Positions 47,472-58,000 of a stretch of 64,000 bases of DNA are shown here, piece by piece. The translations under genes and the position numbers were made by a program. The stretch lies in assembly GCA_049325535.1 (NCBI GenBank), contig JBMOKY010000001.1, positions 157,002 to 221,001 of the forward strand, given 5' to 3'. Below the pieces are notes generated by a model that saw nothing but the letters and a program-made list of their open reading frames with translations, did no database searches and was not told the DNA's origin. The number at the start of each line of letters is the position of its first letter. Within the stretch, counting starts at the first letter, position 1. This DNA is from Patescibacteria group bacterium. GTDB lineage: Bacteria; Patescibacteriota; Patescibacteriia; UBA10025; JAHIVO01.

Positions 47472-50400
47472 ATGCGCATATTGCGAATCACAATTCAACC
47501 AGTGGTCAGCATAGGTATATGTGTGCTCATCGCTGCCGGCATCATCGTGCTCGCGGCACCGGTAGTGAGCGCTGCTTGGTTTCCTCCGTCGGCCCAACCC
47601 CCAGCGGGCAATGTTTATGCGCCGCTGAATACTAGCGCCGATAGCCAGGCAAAAGCCGGTAATCTGCTGCTGGACCCATACTATAATCCGTATGGGGAAC
47701 TTCCCGAAATCAATTACCCGCTGGAAGTGCGCGGTTCGCGCAATGCGTATATCAATGATTTGACCGTCACCTCTGACGGTATACTGGCGGTGGATACGGA
47801 TACGTTGTATGTCGATGGCGGCTCCCATGGCGTGGGTATAGGACTGACTGAACCTGAGACATTACTCGATATCGCCGGTGGTCTGCTGATCGGCAGCGCT
47901 TCCAGCGGCATTACCGGTTCGGCACTGGTCACCAGCAGCTCACTCAGTTATGGAGCGCTTGGCGTTTCGCTGACCGATGGTTTGACCTCGGTGCTCGGGA
48001 CAGGCACTGGCGTGGGTGTGTATGGCCTCCATACTGCTGGCGGGACAGGAATCCGCGCGGAGAGCGTGTCAGCCTCAGGTGCAGTCGGGAGCAGTGCAGC
48101 GCCGCTTGACCGGGCAGCTCCGGTGAAAGTAGCTGGGGTATACGGGCGCGCGCTCGGACTCGGTTCGTGGGCCGGGTATTTCGCTGAACAGACCGTGACA
48201 TCTGCCGAAGCGTATGCGCACGGATTCGTACCAAATCGCCAGGGGTATTCCCAGTATCCCTATACTATCGGTTGGGAAACCAGGGAGATAACGTCGAGTG
48301 CGCGCATCCAGCCAGAGACGATATTGTATGACGGTCGGTGGGTGTGGTTGCACAATTCCGTGACCTGGGCCAATGATCCGAATATTTTATTGATTGACCC
48401 GAGTAATGGCGCCATCAGCGAAGATTTTCGCCTGGTCAATGGCAGCGGAGTGGCGGCGCATGGCATGTCCCAGATGATTTTGGCTGGCGGGTATATCTGG
48501 ACAGCGAACTGGTGGGACGATGCGTATGGAGTATCCCGCGTAGACCCGAATGACCCGACGCATACTGCTACTCATTTTGCGGTGGGAAACCATTTCGGCG
48601 GCGGAGATGATGGTGCGCTCCGATTGGCCTATGACGATTTTACCACTGGTGGGCCCTATATCTGGACGGTGAATGGACCGGATAGCGCTACTTGGGACTA
48701 CACCCTCACTCGACTACGTCCGGCTGATGGTACCTATATCAATTTCCAGCTGAATCCAGTGGGTGGCCAGTCGTGTCTGTCTTATGATTGGAATCGCTGT
48801 ATCGATGGTATCGATAATGATGGAGATGGCAACATCGACCGTGGCATCTGCAGTAATCCGTCGTACACCACACAGGCAACCTGTGAGACCAACGGCGGTA
48901 CGTGGACACCGGGTGATACAGAGTGTATCAATAATGCCGGAACTGATACGGGCAATAGTCCGACCGGGGCGTATCCGGCGGGCGACGAGCGACTGGGTAT
49001 GTATGAGCCAAACGGACCATCCGGTATTACGGTCCAGCCAAATCTCATCGATCCGACCAATCCTACGATTTGGGTATCGTTTAGCGGGGTCGTGCCCAGC
49101 AATCCGACGAGGTATGAAGGAGAAGCGATCGCGAAATTCAGCGGATTAAACCCGACTGACACCGCGCTGCAGGAGGTGTATTGTCCTGGTCCGGCGACTG
49201 AACCAGATGCCATCACCAATGGCGACGGGTACATCTGGATTGGGTCGAGCGCGCATTACTCCAAATACCAGGGGAATGATGGACTCGACCGGTTCGATCC
49301 GGTGGCAGAAACCTTTACCCATTTTCCCGCTTCAGCGGGTATAGAGCGGATCGCGTATGATGACCAGTCCGCTGGTGGGCCGTATATTTGGGGGCAGAAT
49401 TTTTGGGAGATTATGCAGTTTAATCCGGACGGTTCCATGGCGCATTTGCATAATTTGCCGGACGGAATTGCTGATTTTACATTTGATTATTCATCCGGCA
49501 ATGAGCCGTATTTTTGGGCATCCCAGTCGATCACAGGAGGTCTGAGTCGGACAGCTATAGCCGCTCCATATGACTCCATTACCTATACTCCAAAAGGGTC
49601 ATACTCTGACGACATCGTGTTTGATGGCACCTATATCTGGTCGACGAATTCGACTGCAAATACCGTGAGTCGGTACCGGGCTTCGGATGGGCAGAAGGTG
49701 GGGGATTATTTTGCCGGGTGGTATCCGCGATATATCACATTTGACGGCAGCTCGCTGTGGGTGACGCATCTGAATGAGGGCGGACCGACTGAACTCGCTC
49801 AGCTGGATGCTTCGACTGGTGAACTCATCGGTGATTATGATTATGGTGCGGTGAGTAATCCTACGGGAAATGATATTCTTTTCGATGGTACATACGTCTG
49901 GATAGCCGATTTCAACAATAATCGACTGCGGCGAATCGATCCGGCTACGTGCAGTGCCGGTGTCTGCGCCAAAACTGACATTGCGGTACCGTTTGGACCC
50001 CGCGCCATCGCTTTTGACGGTAATTCTATTTGGGCGATACAGCACTACGCTACAGGACTCGGGCGTAATAGTTTTTCTCGTATTCACCGGGATACCGGCG
50101 CCGTGCTCAATACCTATACCATCCCAAACGCGTATAACGCCGATGGGAATCTCCGTTCGTTATTGTTTGATGGCACATACCTATGGATGGGCGCGCAGTA
50201 TCGGGATGCCCAAGGAATGAGTCTCTATAAAGTACGGCCGAATGATGGATCGGTCGCCGCACGGGTCACGCTCTATAATGAGCCGGGCGTGTGTTCGGGC
50301 GGTGATCGGAATCGTCTGTACTGCACGACCAATGCCCAGTGTACCGGTGGTGGCGCCTGTTCAGCTACGGCTACAAACGTCAGTGCCCTGACATTCGACG

Positions 50401-51152
50401 GTACTCATGTGTGGGCGGTACAGGAACGCGCCAGCTATGTCCGCGAGTGCACTGACGGCAGAGATAATGACGGTGATGGATTGACTGACTACGCGGCGGT
50501 CGGTGGAGACCCGAGTTGCGCTGATAGTGACGATGTTCATGAAACTGACAGCAGTGATTTTTTCGGCACGACGACTGACATCGAGTGTGCCGACAGAATA
50601 GATAATGACGGGAACGGTTTATGTGATTGGGATGGCGCTGCTGGTTCCCCGGGCTGCAGCGGCAAACCAGATCCAGGATGTTCCGGCCCCACTGATATCA
50701 GCGAGCAGACCCGGCAGAGCGCTGGGTATCTCAGCCGAGTCAATGCGGGTACGGATCAGCGTATCGAAAGTATTTACTATGCTGCGTATTGTAATCCGAA
50801 CAGCCTGGCGTTTGACGGATCGAGCATTTGGATCAATCAGACGACAAATAACTGTGATAATTTTATCCTCCACCAGTATTTCGCGGGGACCGGCTCTGGT
50901 CAGGCGGATCTGGAGGGATTGGCGAACCTGCAGACCACGGTGCCGGGACGGTCGCAGAGCGGCAGCGCCGCCAGCTATGGAGAGGCAACGGTTGGGCGAT
51001 CACTGATGGTGACCGGTGACTTGCGTGTGGTGGAAAATGTGTGGGGTGGTAGTGCCGATGCCGTGCCTGATTTTGGGCAGTCCTGCACCGATGGAGAATT
51101 TGTCAAAGGTATTGACACGCAGAATAAACAATTACATTGTCGGCCGCTCTAA
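47472..51152 (+). CDS. Large secreted beta-propeller protein with CxDxxDNDGxG Ca-binding-like motifs
   Basis: ATG 47472 in frame with ORF 47448; PSAQPPAGNVYAPLN..QAKAG; FDGTYxW repeats; three DNDG motifs; ends CRPL. Confidence 0.85.
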   Translation: MRILRITIQPVVSIGICVLIAAGIIVLAAPVVSAAWFPPSAQPPAGNVYAPLNTSADSQAKAGNLLLDPYYNPYGELPEINYPLEVRGSRNAYINDLTVTSDGILAVDTDTLYVDGGSHGVGIGLTEPETLLDIAGGLLIGSASSGITGSALVTSSSLSYGALGVSLTDGLTSVLGTGTGVGVYGLHTAGGTGIRAESVSASGAVGSSAAPLDRAAPVKVAGVYGRALGLGSWAGYFAEQTVTSAEAYAHGFVPNRQGYSQYPYTIGWETREITSSARIQPETILYDGRWVWLHNSVTWANDPNILLIDPSNGAISEDFRLVNGSGVAAHGMSQMILAGGYIWTANWWDDAYGVSRVDPNDPTHTATHFAVGNHFGGGDDGALRLAYDDFTTGGPYIWTVNGPDSATWDYTLTRLRPADGTYINFQLNPVGGQSCLSYDWNRCIDGIDNDGDGNIDRGICSNPSYTTQATCETNGGTWTPGDTECINNAGTDTGNSPTGAYPAGDERLGMYEPNGPSGITVQPNLIDPTNPTIWVSFSGVVPSNPTRYEGEAIAKFSGLNPTDTALQEVYCPGPATEPDAITNGDGYIWIGSSAHYSKYQGNDGLDRFDPVAETFTHFPASAGIERIAYDDQSAGGPYIWGQNFWEIMQFNPDGSMAHLHNLPDGIADFTFDYSSGNEPYFWASQSITGGLSRTAIAAPYDSITYTPKGSYSDDIVFDGTYIWSTNSTANTVSRYRASDGQKVGDYFAGWYPRYITFDGSSLWVTHLNEGGPTELAQLDASTGELIGDYDYGAVSNPTGNDILFDGTYVWIADFNNNRLRRIDPATCSAGVCAKTDIAVPFGPRAIAFDGNSIWAIQHYATGLGRNSFSRIHRDTGAVLNTYTIPNAYNADGNLRSLLFDGTYLWMGAQYRDAQGMSLYKVRPNDGSVAARVTLYNEPGVCSGGDRNRLYCTTNAQCTGGGACSATATNVSALTFDGTHVWAVQERASYVRECTDGRDNDGDGLTDYAAVGGDPSCADSDDVHETDSSDFFGTTTDIECADRIDNDGNGLCDWDGAAGSPGCSGKPDPGCSGPTDISEQTRQSAGYLSRVNAGTDQRIESIYYAAYCNPNSLAFDGSSIWINQTTNNCDNFILHQYFAGTGSGQADLEGLANLQTTVPGRSQSGSAASYGEATVGRSLMVTGDLRVVENVWGGSADAVPDFGQSCTDGEFVKGIDTQNKQLHCRPL

Positions 51153-51161
51153 TACAGAGAT

Positions 51162-53546
51162 ATGCTATACCGAATGTTAATACAATCAAGATTAGCCACT
51201 CGTATTTTTGGTGTACTGCTTGTCGTCGTCTGCGGAATGATGCTGGGCATTCCTCTAGCGCGGGCTGAGTGGCGCGAGCCGACGTTGCCCCCACCGCAGC
51301 AGGTATTTCCTGCACCACTGACCACGGGCGCTGAAAATCAGGCAAAAGCCGGATATGTATTGATCGACCCGGTGTACAATCCGAACGAACAGACGTCGCT
51401 CAATTTTGATCCGCAACGGCCACTCGATGTACGGGGTGAAGGAGGTAAATTTTCCACGCCGGCAGTCTACAGCGATGTACTCCGCGTCGATACCAGCACC
51501 TTATTCGTCGACGCGCTGGCTGATTGGGTGGGCGTCGGTACCGATATCCCGCTTGCCGGATTCAAATTGGTGGTAGATGAGGGGACGGTACAAGTAGGCA
51601 CCCCCACGCGCCCGATAGCCGGTCCGGCTGTCCGTGCGTATAGTGCTGACAGCGTGGGCCTGTATGGTGATGCCGGCGCCACTGGATCTGCTGGGGTGTA
51701 TGGATTGTCAGAAATCGCCAATGGTGCGGCCATCCGCGGGGAAAGCGCTACCGATGTCGGCGTGCGCGGGGAAAGCGCCAGCGGTATCGGGATTTATGCA
51801 GTCAGTCAGTCCCTGAATAATGCCGCTGTCTACGGTGAAAACACCAGTGGTGGCTGGGCAGGCTATTTTGAGGGGCGACTCGGCAGCGTGGCTGATGTGA
51901 TCGCTCGTCGATTCCTCGCTACCTATCCTCAGACGTCACTCGTCCCATTTAGCCATCCGCGCCGTTCAGCCGAGTATTGGGTTTCGACCGGGGAGATTGC
52001 TGGTTCATTTGAACCGAGTATGGTATTTGATGGGTCGTACGTGTGGATCGGCAATAAGACTGAAGATGCCGCCGGCAATAATGTATATAAAGTCCGTCCG
52101 GTTGATGGAGTCATCGTGGCGCGGTACCATATTGAGGGCACGCTGCCGACCATCCGATCATTGGCGTTTGACGGGCGGTATATCTGGGCTACCAGCACCG
52201 GTTCGGGTGACAATTCGGTGGTAAAATTTGATCCATCGAGCGGCCAGTCGCTGGCGATTTGCTCGACGATCAGTCCTGACCGGCCGATCGGTTCGGACTG
52301 GGGGGCAAAACCAGAATTTGGCGTTATTCATACTATCGCTGGATCGTCCTATCTCTGGACGGCGAACTGGGACGGAGGCGACGTGACAAAAATTGACTCA
52401 AATTGTCAGGTTGTCGGTGAGTATCCGCTGGGGACGCAGGGTACCGGTGTGCATCTGAATCGTCTGAATGACGCTGGGTATTTTCTGCGGCCGATAGATA
52501 TCACCGCGTCGAAAGACACTATCTGGGTACTGACCCCCTCACTGTGCGGCACGACGCCACCGGATACCACCGAGGCCTGCCGGGCGGACGCTGCCTGTGC
52601 GCCGGGTGCCTGTCAGCTCAATCCAAATAATCTCGTCGGGATCGACCCAGACACGGGCGTCGTGGAAGTTCGCTATGCCACCGGTATTTCTGATCCATGG
52701 AAGATGCTTTTTGATGGCATCTATATGTGGGTGATCTCATGGAGCGATACCGGCGGTCAAGATATTTCAAAAATACGGGTATCTGACGGCACAATCATGC
52801 CTGGCTATCCCAAGCAGCTCACCTTTACGCCCATTGCCATGGCATTTGACGGTACACACCTCTTGGTCAGCACGGCTGGCACCACGACCCATGGGGCCGG
52901 ACTGTATCGCATTTCTGTGGCCACCGACGTCATCGAAGAATTTGACTCAACCTTGTCATCAAACAGCAATGATGGAGAATCACTCTATGACGGCAAGCAT
53001 CTGTGGGCCGTGTCCGGGTGTACCAGCGGTGGAGACTGCGGCAATGGCGCCAACCGCCCGCTATTACTGACAAAAGTTTTCATCGGCGCGCGAACTGATC
53101 ACCCGGATTTGGGAACTGTGGTCCAGCTGGTCGATGCGGCCGGGACATGCTCGGTGACGACCGCTCGCCAGTGCATCTATGATTGGCACTGTCCGGGAGG
53201 TGAAACCTGCACTTCGGACGCGGCGATCCAGGACGGCAATATCCGCATTTCCGGTTCGCTGACCGTGAATCATGGGTACTGTCAGGCCGGGGCGGCCACC
53301 TATTTCAGCCGGCCGTGCACCTCCGATGCCGCGTGCAGTGATTTGGCCGGCGGACATTGCACGGGCGGTAACATGCGCATCGGTTCCGATGTTGATGCGG
53401 CCGGGAATACCTGGGCGGGGAGCGATGAAGCAGTTCCGATTGGTGATCCGGGTGCCGGGGACTGCCCGACAGACGGGACATTTGTCAAAGGCATCACCCT
53501 CGACGGCAACAGCAGGATATCGTCATTTACCTGTCGCGGGTTATAA
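51162..53546 (+). CDS. Secreted beta-propeller protein, third paralog
   Basis: PTLPPP..APLTT..QAKAG; GVYG/GVRG repeats; WAGYF; FDGxYxW blades; ends CRGL. Confidence 0.85.
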   Translation: MLYRMLIQSRLATRIFGVLLVVVCGMMLGIPLARAEWREPTLPPPQQVFPAPLTTGAENQAKAGYVLIDPVYNPNEQTSLNFDPQRPLDVRGEGGKFSTPAVYSDVLRVDTSTLFVDALADWVGVGTDIPLAGFKLVVDEGTVQVGTPTRPIAGPAVRAYSADSVGLYGDAGATGSAGVYGLSEIANGAAIRGESATDVGVRGESASGIGIYAVSQSLNNAAVYGENTSGGWAGYFEGRLGSVADVIARRFLATYPQTSLVPFSHPRRSAEYWVSTGEIAGSFEPSMVFDGSYVWIGNKTEDAAGNNVYKVRPVDGVIVARYHIEGTLPTIRSLAFDGRYIWATSTGSGDNSVVKFDPSSGQSLAICSTISPDRPIGSDWGAKPEFGVIHTIAGSSYLWTANWDGGDVTKIDSNCQVVGEYPLGTQGTGVHLNRLNDAGYFLRPIDITASKDTIWVLTPSLCGTTPPDTTEACRADAACAPGACQLNPNNLVGIDPDTGVVEVRYATGISDPWKMLFDGIYMWVISWSDTGGQDISKIRVSDGTIMPGYPKQLTFTPIAMAFDGTHLLVSTAGTTTHGAGLYRISVATDVIEEFDSTLSSNSNDGESLYDGKHLWAVSGCTSGGDCGNGANRPLLLTKVFIGARTDHPDLGTVVQLVDAAGTCSVTTARQCIYDWHCPGGETCTSDAAIQDGNIRISGSLTVNHGYCQAGAATYFSRPCTSDAACSDLAGGHCTGGNMRIGSDVDAAGNTWAGSDEAVPIGDPGAGDCPTDGTFVKGITLDGNSRISSFTCRGL

Positions 53547-53553
53547 TTATCAT

Positions 53554-55011
53554 ATGATGAAATTTACACTCACTCATACGTATCGCCTCGGTCTGTTTAT
53601 CGCCTGCTTGTGCTTGGTAATTGCTGGGGTGGTGGCTATCGTCCTGGTATCTGATACGCAGGTCGAACCCCGGGCGGGTCTCCGCATTGACCCATCGGTA
53701 CTGTCGCACATACGAACGTACACCGACAGCACGGCTGACGATGGCGTACACACACGGATAGTGTACCCGTTGCCTCAGCAGTACCTCGATGTGACCGGCT
53801 CATATGTGCCGATAGATACCGCCATCGTGACTGACGGTGAAGCCGGATTTCAAAATGTTACTAATGGTTACCAGACACGCTTCACCATAGACGGCGGTAT
53901 GCCACGGACCACGATTGATATCCCTGGCGGGCGAAGGATTACCCTTTCTCCGGAAGTGGGAGTGTCATCCGATGCCGTTGTCACCTCTGATGTTATTTCA
54001 TATACAGGGACGACCGATGGACTGAAACTGGAACAGGAGGTCGGATTGGCATCACTGACACAGCGGCTGATGATCACATCGGGGGTAAATCCATTTCCGC
54101 TGCGCGTGGGATATGATATGACGCGGGTCTCCCTGCAGGATGCTCGATACGGCGGATGGTATGCGCGCGCCGCAGATACCGGTGATGTGGTTTTGGTCAT
54201 ACCGGAACCGATTATGTTTGAGTATATCTCTGATGAAGACCTGGATACGCAACCATCATATCTGTGGTCCGAGTTCATTGTCACTCACGACAGCGCGGGC
54301 ATGACGATCGACGTAGACGAGTCCGGTCGCGGCTGGCTCGACAGTGTCGAGGGTGAGGCAATATTGGAAATCCGCTATCAGCATCCTCTGTATGCCATGC
54401 AGCCCGGGCAGCTCTACCGTCCGGGCACGACTACTGATGATCAGATATCGAGCGATCCGCTTGCCAGCAAATATAAGGTGGGACATTTTTGGAATGTCGG
54501 CGCGGCAGGCTGTCCTTCGTGTGAAATCGAATATCAATTTAGCGGAGCGGCGAATCTATATATTGACGATGATACACGTACCATCCTGCGCCAGGCGGAT
54601 GCAGCCCATCTCGCGCTCTCCCTGCACCGGTCTGGTTCAGCAGTCGAATCAATACTTCCTGAGCAGACTGAGCTGCAGATACGATTTGGATTTGCCGGAT
54701 GGTCGCTGCTGGCGTCACCCGCTGCCGTCTGGCGGGTAGGACATGAGCTACCGATGGGTGCAGTTGTGTCAGCCGCCGCTTTGCCTACTGATCCGCCCAA
54801 AACGTTTCCGAATTGCGCCGCTGATCCGGATTCGTGCCGGGTGGTGCTGAAATTTCCCTCACCCGAGACGATTGCTCGCTCCGGCCATCTACAGTTGTAC
54901 CTCGACCCAGGTGAATTGTTTGCTCAGGAACCGGGGAAGTTTTATGGTCTCTATCTATTCGGTCCGGAATCGACCCAAGCGCCACATCTGGTGATTAGCT
55001 ACACTCCATAA
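53554..55011 (+). CDS. Membrane-anchored beta-rich surface protein, paralog of the N-terminus of the next gene
   Basis: ATG 53554 precedes the TM helix and follows the upstream stop; QQYL..PIDT..NVTN, VLVIPEPIMFE. Confidence 0.8.
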   Translation: MMKFTLTHTYRLGLFIACLCLVIAGVVAIVLVSDTQVEPRAGLRIDPSVLSHIRTYTDSTADDGVHTRIVYPLPQQYLDVTGSYVPIDTAIVTDGEAGFQNVTNGYQTRFTIDGGMPRTTIDIPGGRRITLSPEVGVSSDAVVTSDVISYTGTTDGLKLEQEVGLASLTQRLMITSGVNPFPLRVGYDMTRVSLQDARYGGWYARAADTGDVVLVIPEPIMFEYISDEDLDTQPSYLWSEFIVTHDSAGMTIDVDESGRGWLDSVEGEAILEIRYQHPLYAMQPGQLYRPGTTTDDQISSDPLASKYKVGHFWNVGAAGCPSCEIEYQFSGAANLYIDDDTRTILRQADAAHLALSLHRSGSAVESILPEQTELQIRFGFAGWSLLASPAAVWRVGHELPMGAVVSAAALPTDPPKTFPNCAADPDSCRVVLKFPSPETIARSGHLQLYLDPGELFAQEPGKFYGLYLFGPESTQAPHLVISYTP

Positions 55012-55012
55012 T

Positions 55013-58000
55013 ATGTCACGTCGCACCATCATCATCATACGCATCTGCGGCGCTCTCGCCATTCTCGGCGTGCTGGCGCTCGGCGTGCTGCTGGCTATAT
55101 TCAGTCAGCAGGATCATACGGTGCGGAAAGCCGATCCGGAGCAGGTGGCGGATCCTCTGGTGCTGGCCCATACGTCAAATGTCGCCGCCGAACGGCGCAA
55201 TGAAGACGGTACGGTGTCAGTGGAATATTCTCTCTTTGCTCAGCAGTATCTGACGAACGATCCGGGTGTTTTCGCGCCGATTGATTCATCGATTATCCCT
55301 TCGTACCGGCCGGAATACGACTATGAGAATACGACCAACGTGATGCATACGTATTTCAGCGACGACAGCAGCCGGGAGGACTTTATCGTGCATACGGTAC
55401 CCGGCGGACGCCGGGTGTCATTCCGGTACGTCGGAGCGCAGCCGGGGAAGTGGGACGTTGATGGCAGCATGGCCACGTTTGCGGATCTGTTTCCGGGCGT
55501 GGACGCGGTGTACACTATCCGGAATGACGCGCTGATTGAGGAGCTGGTCGTCCGGGATGAAGCCACCGCTCTGGCGCTGGGATCAGTCACGCAGGAAATC
55601 AAGCTCGATGGGCTGTACTATAAAGAGCAGGCAGACGGATCGATCACTCTCCATGATGCGGAGACGCGCCATGGCGTATTTGTCATTCCGGCGCCACTGA
55701 TGTACGAATTGGATTCATCCGAGCCGCTGATGTCCGATAAATTGCACTATGACATCGAGGAGGTCGATGACGCCACTATTATCCTGCATAAAGTCATCGA
55801 TCCAAAGGGAAAACTATGGATGCAGGCGGCGAAGTATCCGATCGTCGTCGATAATTCGTACCTGGGCTGGTTTGACAATAACATGTTTGGTGAAGCGCGG
55901 CGCAGCCGGCCAAACGGATCGAGTGCGTATTCATATACGTTCACGTCTCCTGGTTCAGATTTCAATCGGACTGGCACCTGGCGGACTGATCCGCCTCAGA
56001 GCTGTTCGTCATGCTATTCGTTTTGGGATTACCGTTATTATTATAGCTTTATTACGGGCGTGAATGAGATGCCCGGTAACTATAGTTTTGATACCAGCCA
56101 GGTCATCGGCGGCAAACTGTGGCTGTACGGCTACCGCTCGGGCGGCGTGGTCAATCAGGTGGAGCTGCCGACCAATTATGTGGTCAATGTGTACGCCGGG
56201 CCAAACATATGGGCAAATATTTCTGACCCGGCGGCGCTGTGGGGGTATACCAGCGTAATGAATTTGACGTACCAGTTTCCGGTAACCACCCTGCCCAATG
56301 CCGCTACCCAGAACTGCTATGGCAATCCCTCATCATGTGAAATCGCCATCCCCTTGGATATCAGCGATTTGTCGCTGTCGCAGACCCCGACTGGCCGTAC
56401 CCAGTTCATATTGGAAGATACCTGGAATACGTATTATCAAAATGGATTCCTCGGCATGTGGACGCTTCGTCAATTTTTCAGTACTACGCCTCCCTATCCC
56501 CGGCTGGAGATCATCTATCTGCCCCGGCCGGTGATCCGCGTGGATCCGCAGGCGGGAACGAGCACCACATCACTGGAAGTGCAGATAGATGATGATTTTA
56601 CTGATGAGACCGAATACCGGCTCGAGCGCTCCCTGGCCGGCTCCAGTGGGCCCTGGACCCAAATCTGCGCCAGCATGTCTACCGGCGGTTCAGGATCGTG
56701 CGGTACAGGCATCACCTATGATTGTACCGGCGTCACCGTCGCGGGAACTACCGGATACTGCAGTATCATCGACAATCTGAGCCAGAGCAGCGGATTGACT
56801 CAGTATTCTGACCGGCATGTCTGGTACCGCGCCCGCGTCCAGCGGACTGATCCAGTACCCGGTGAATCATATGTTTCGAGCTATAGCAATGTCGAACATG
56901 ACTATACATTGGCGGCGCTGGCCACGAGCGCTCCGTCAGTGACCGTGGAGTCGTGGTCATCGATCAAGATATGGCCAGCGTCTGGCATGGGGGATGAATA
57001 CACCAATCAGCGGTCGTATTTTGCCTCCGATGCCGAGCCGACCAAATATTGTATCGGGTTATGGACGTATCCCGCATATCCGAACTGGAATTATTCCCCA
57101 ACTAGTGATATTCGCTATGTTGACGATCCGCCATCGGCAAATAGCACCGTCTATACCAATGTTCCGAGCGGGACGAGCAGCGGACGAGATTTGATCAATA
57201 ATGGCACTTTCCCGGGTGATCCGCGCTGTCTTACATTTTACCAGTGGGTGTGGTTCCCCTTGATCAATCCTTTCTATGCGTCTGGTGAGTGGACCGACTA
57301 CGCCTACCTCAAACCGAATGCACTATATGCGGTCGGCACCTTCTCCCAAAACACCCGGGACAATACGGTCAATAATCCTGGCGTACAGAATTTTGTGGAA
57401 ATCTACACGCGGGCGCGCACTCCGTCTGCTCCAAATAATCCCATAGGCGCCAATAATACCAGTACCACGCTACAGATCGCGCTCAATAGCACGCCTCAGT
57501 CCAGCCCGACGACGGCGCCCTGGACCAATCCAGCGTCAACCCAGTACAACATACAAATACAGCAGGGGGGATCGTGGTATTATCTATCCACTGCCGGCGG
57601 CAGTTCACGATTAGGCTCGCCCCAATGGGGTGACAGCACCGCTTGGAACGGTACTACCGGACGCACCATCACCGGACTCAGTCCGGCTACCTGCTATAAT
57701 TTCCGGTCTCAGTCCAGAAATGCCGATGGGGTAATCGGTGAAACCGCGGCGGCGCAGTGGTCAAATACTGCCCAGTACTGCACTCCGCTCAGTCCGCCGT
57801 CGGCACCTGACGTGCAGTGCGGCTACAGCACTGATATCGGTGTGGGCTACTACTGTGACGTGACTCTCCACGATACCGCTAATCCGTCGCCGCCATACTT
57901 TTACAAAGTACAGCGGTCGTACAATAATTCTGTTTGGACGAATATCAACGGCGGCACCCTGACCAACGGTACGCCCCTGACATACATCAATACCTATTGG

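Noticed and set aside
53272-53553. 94-aa N-terminal extension of ORF 53272..55011
   Set aside because: Overlaps the upstream gene; ATG 53554 directly precedes the TM helix.
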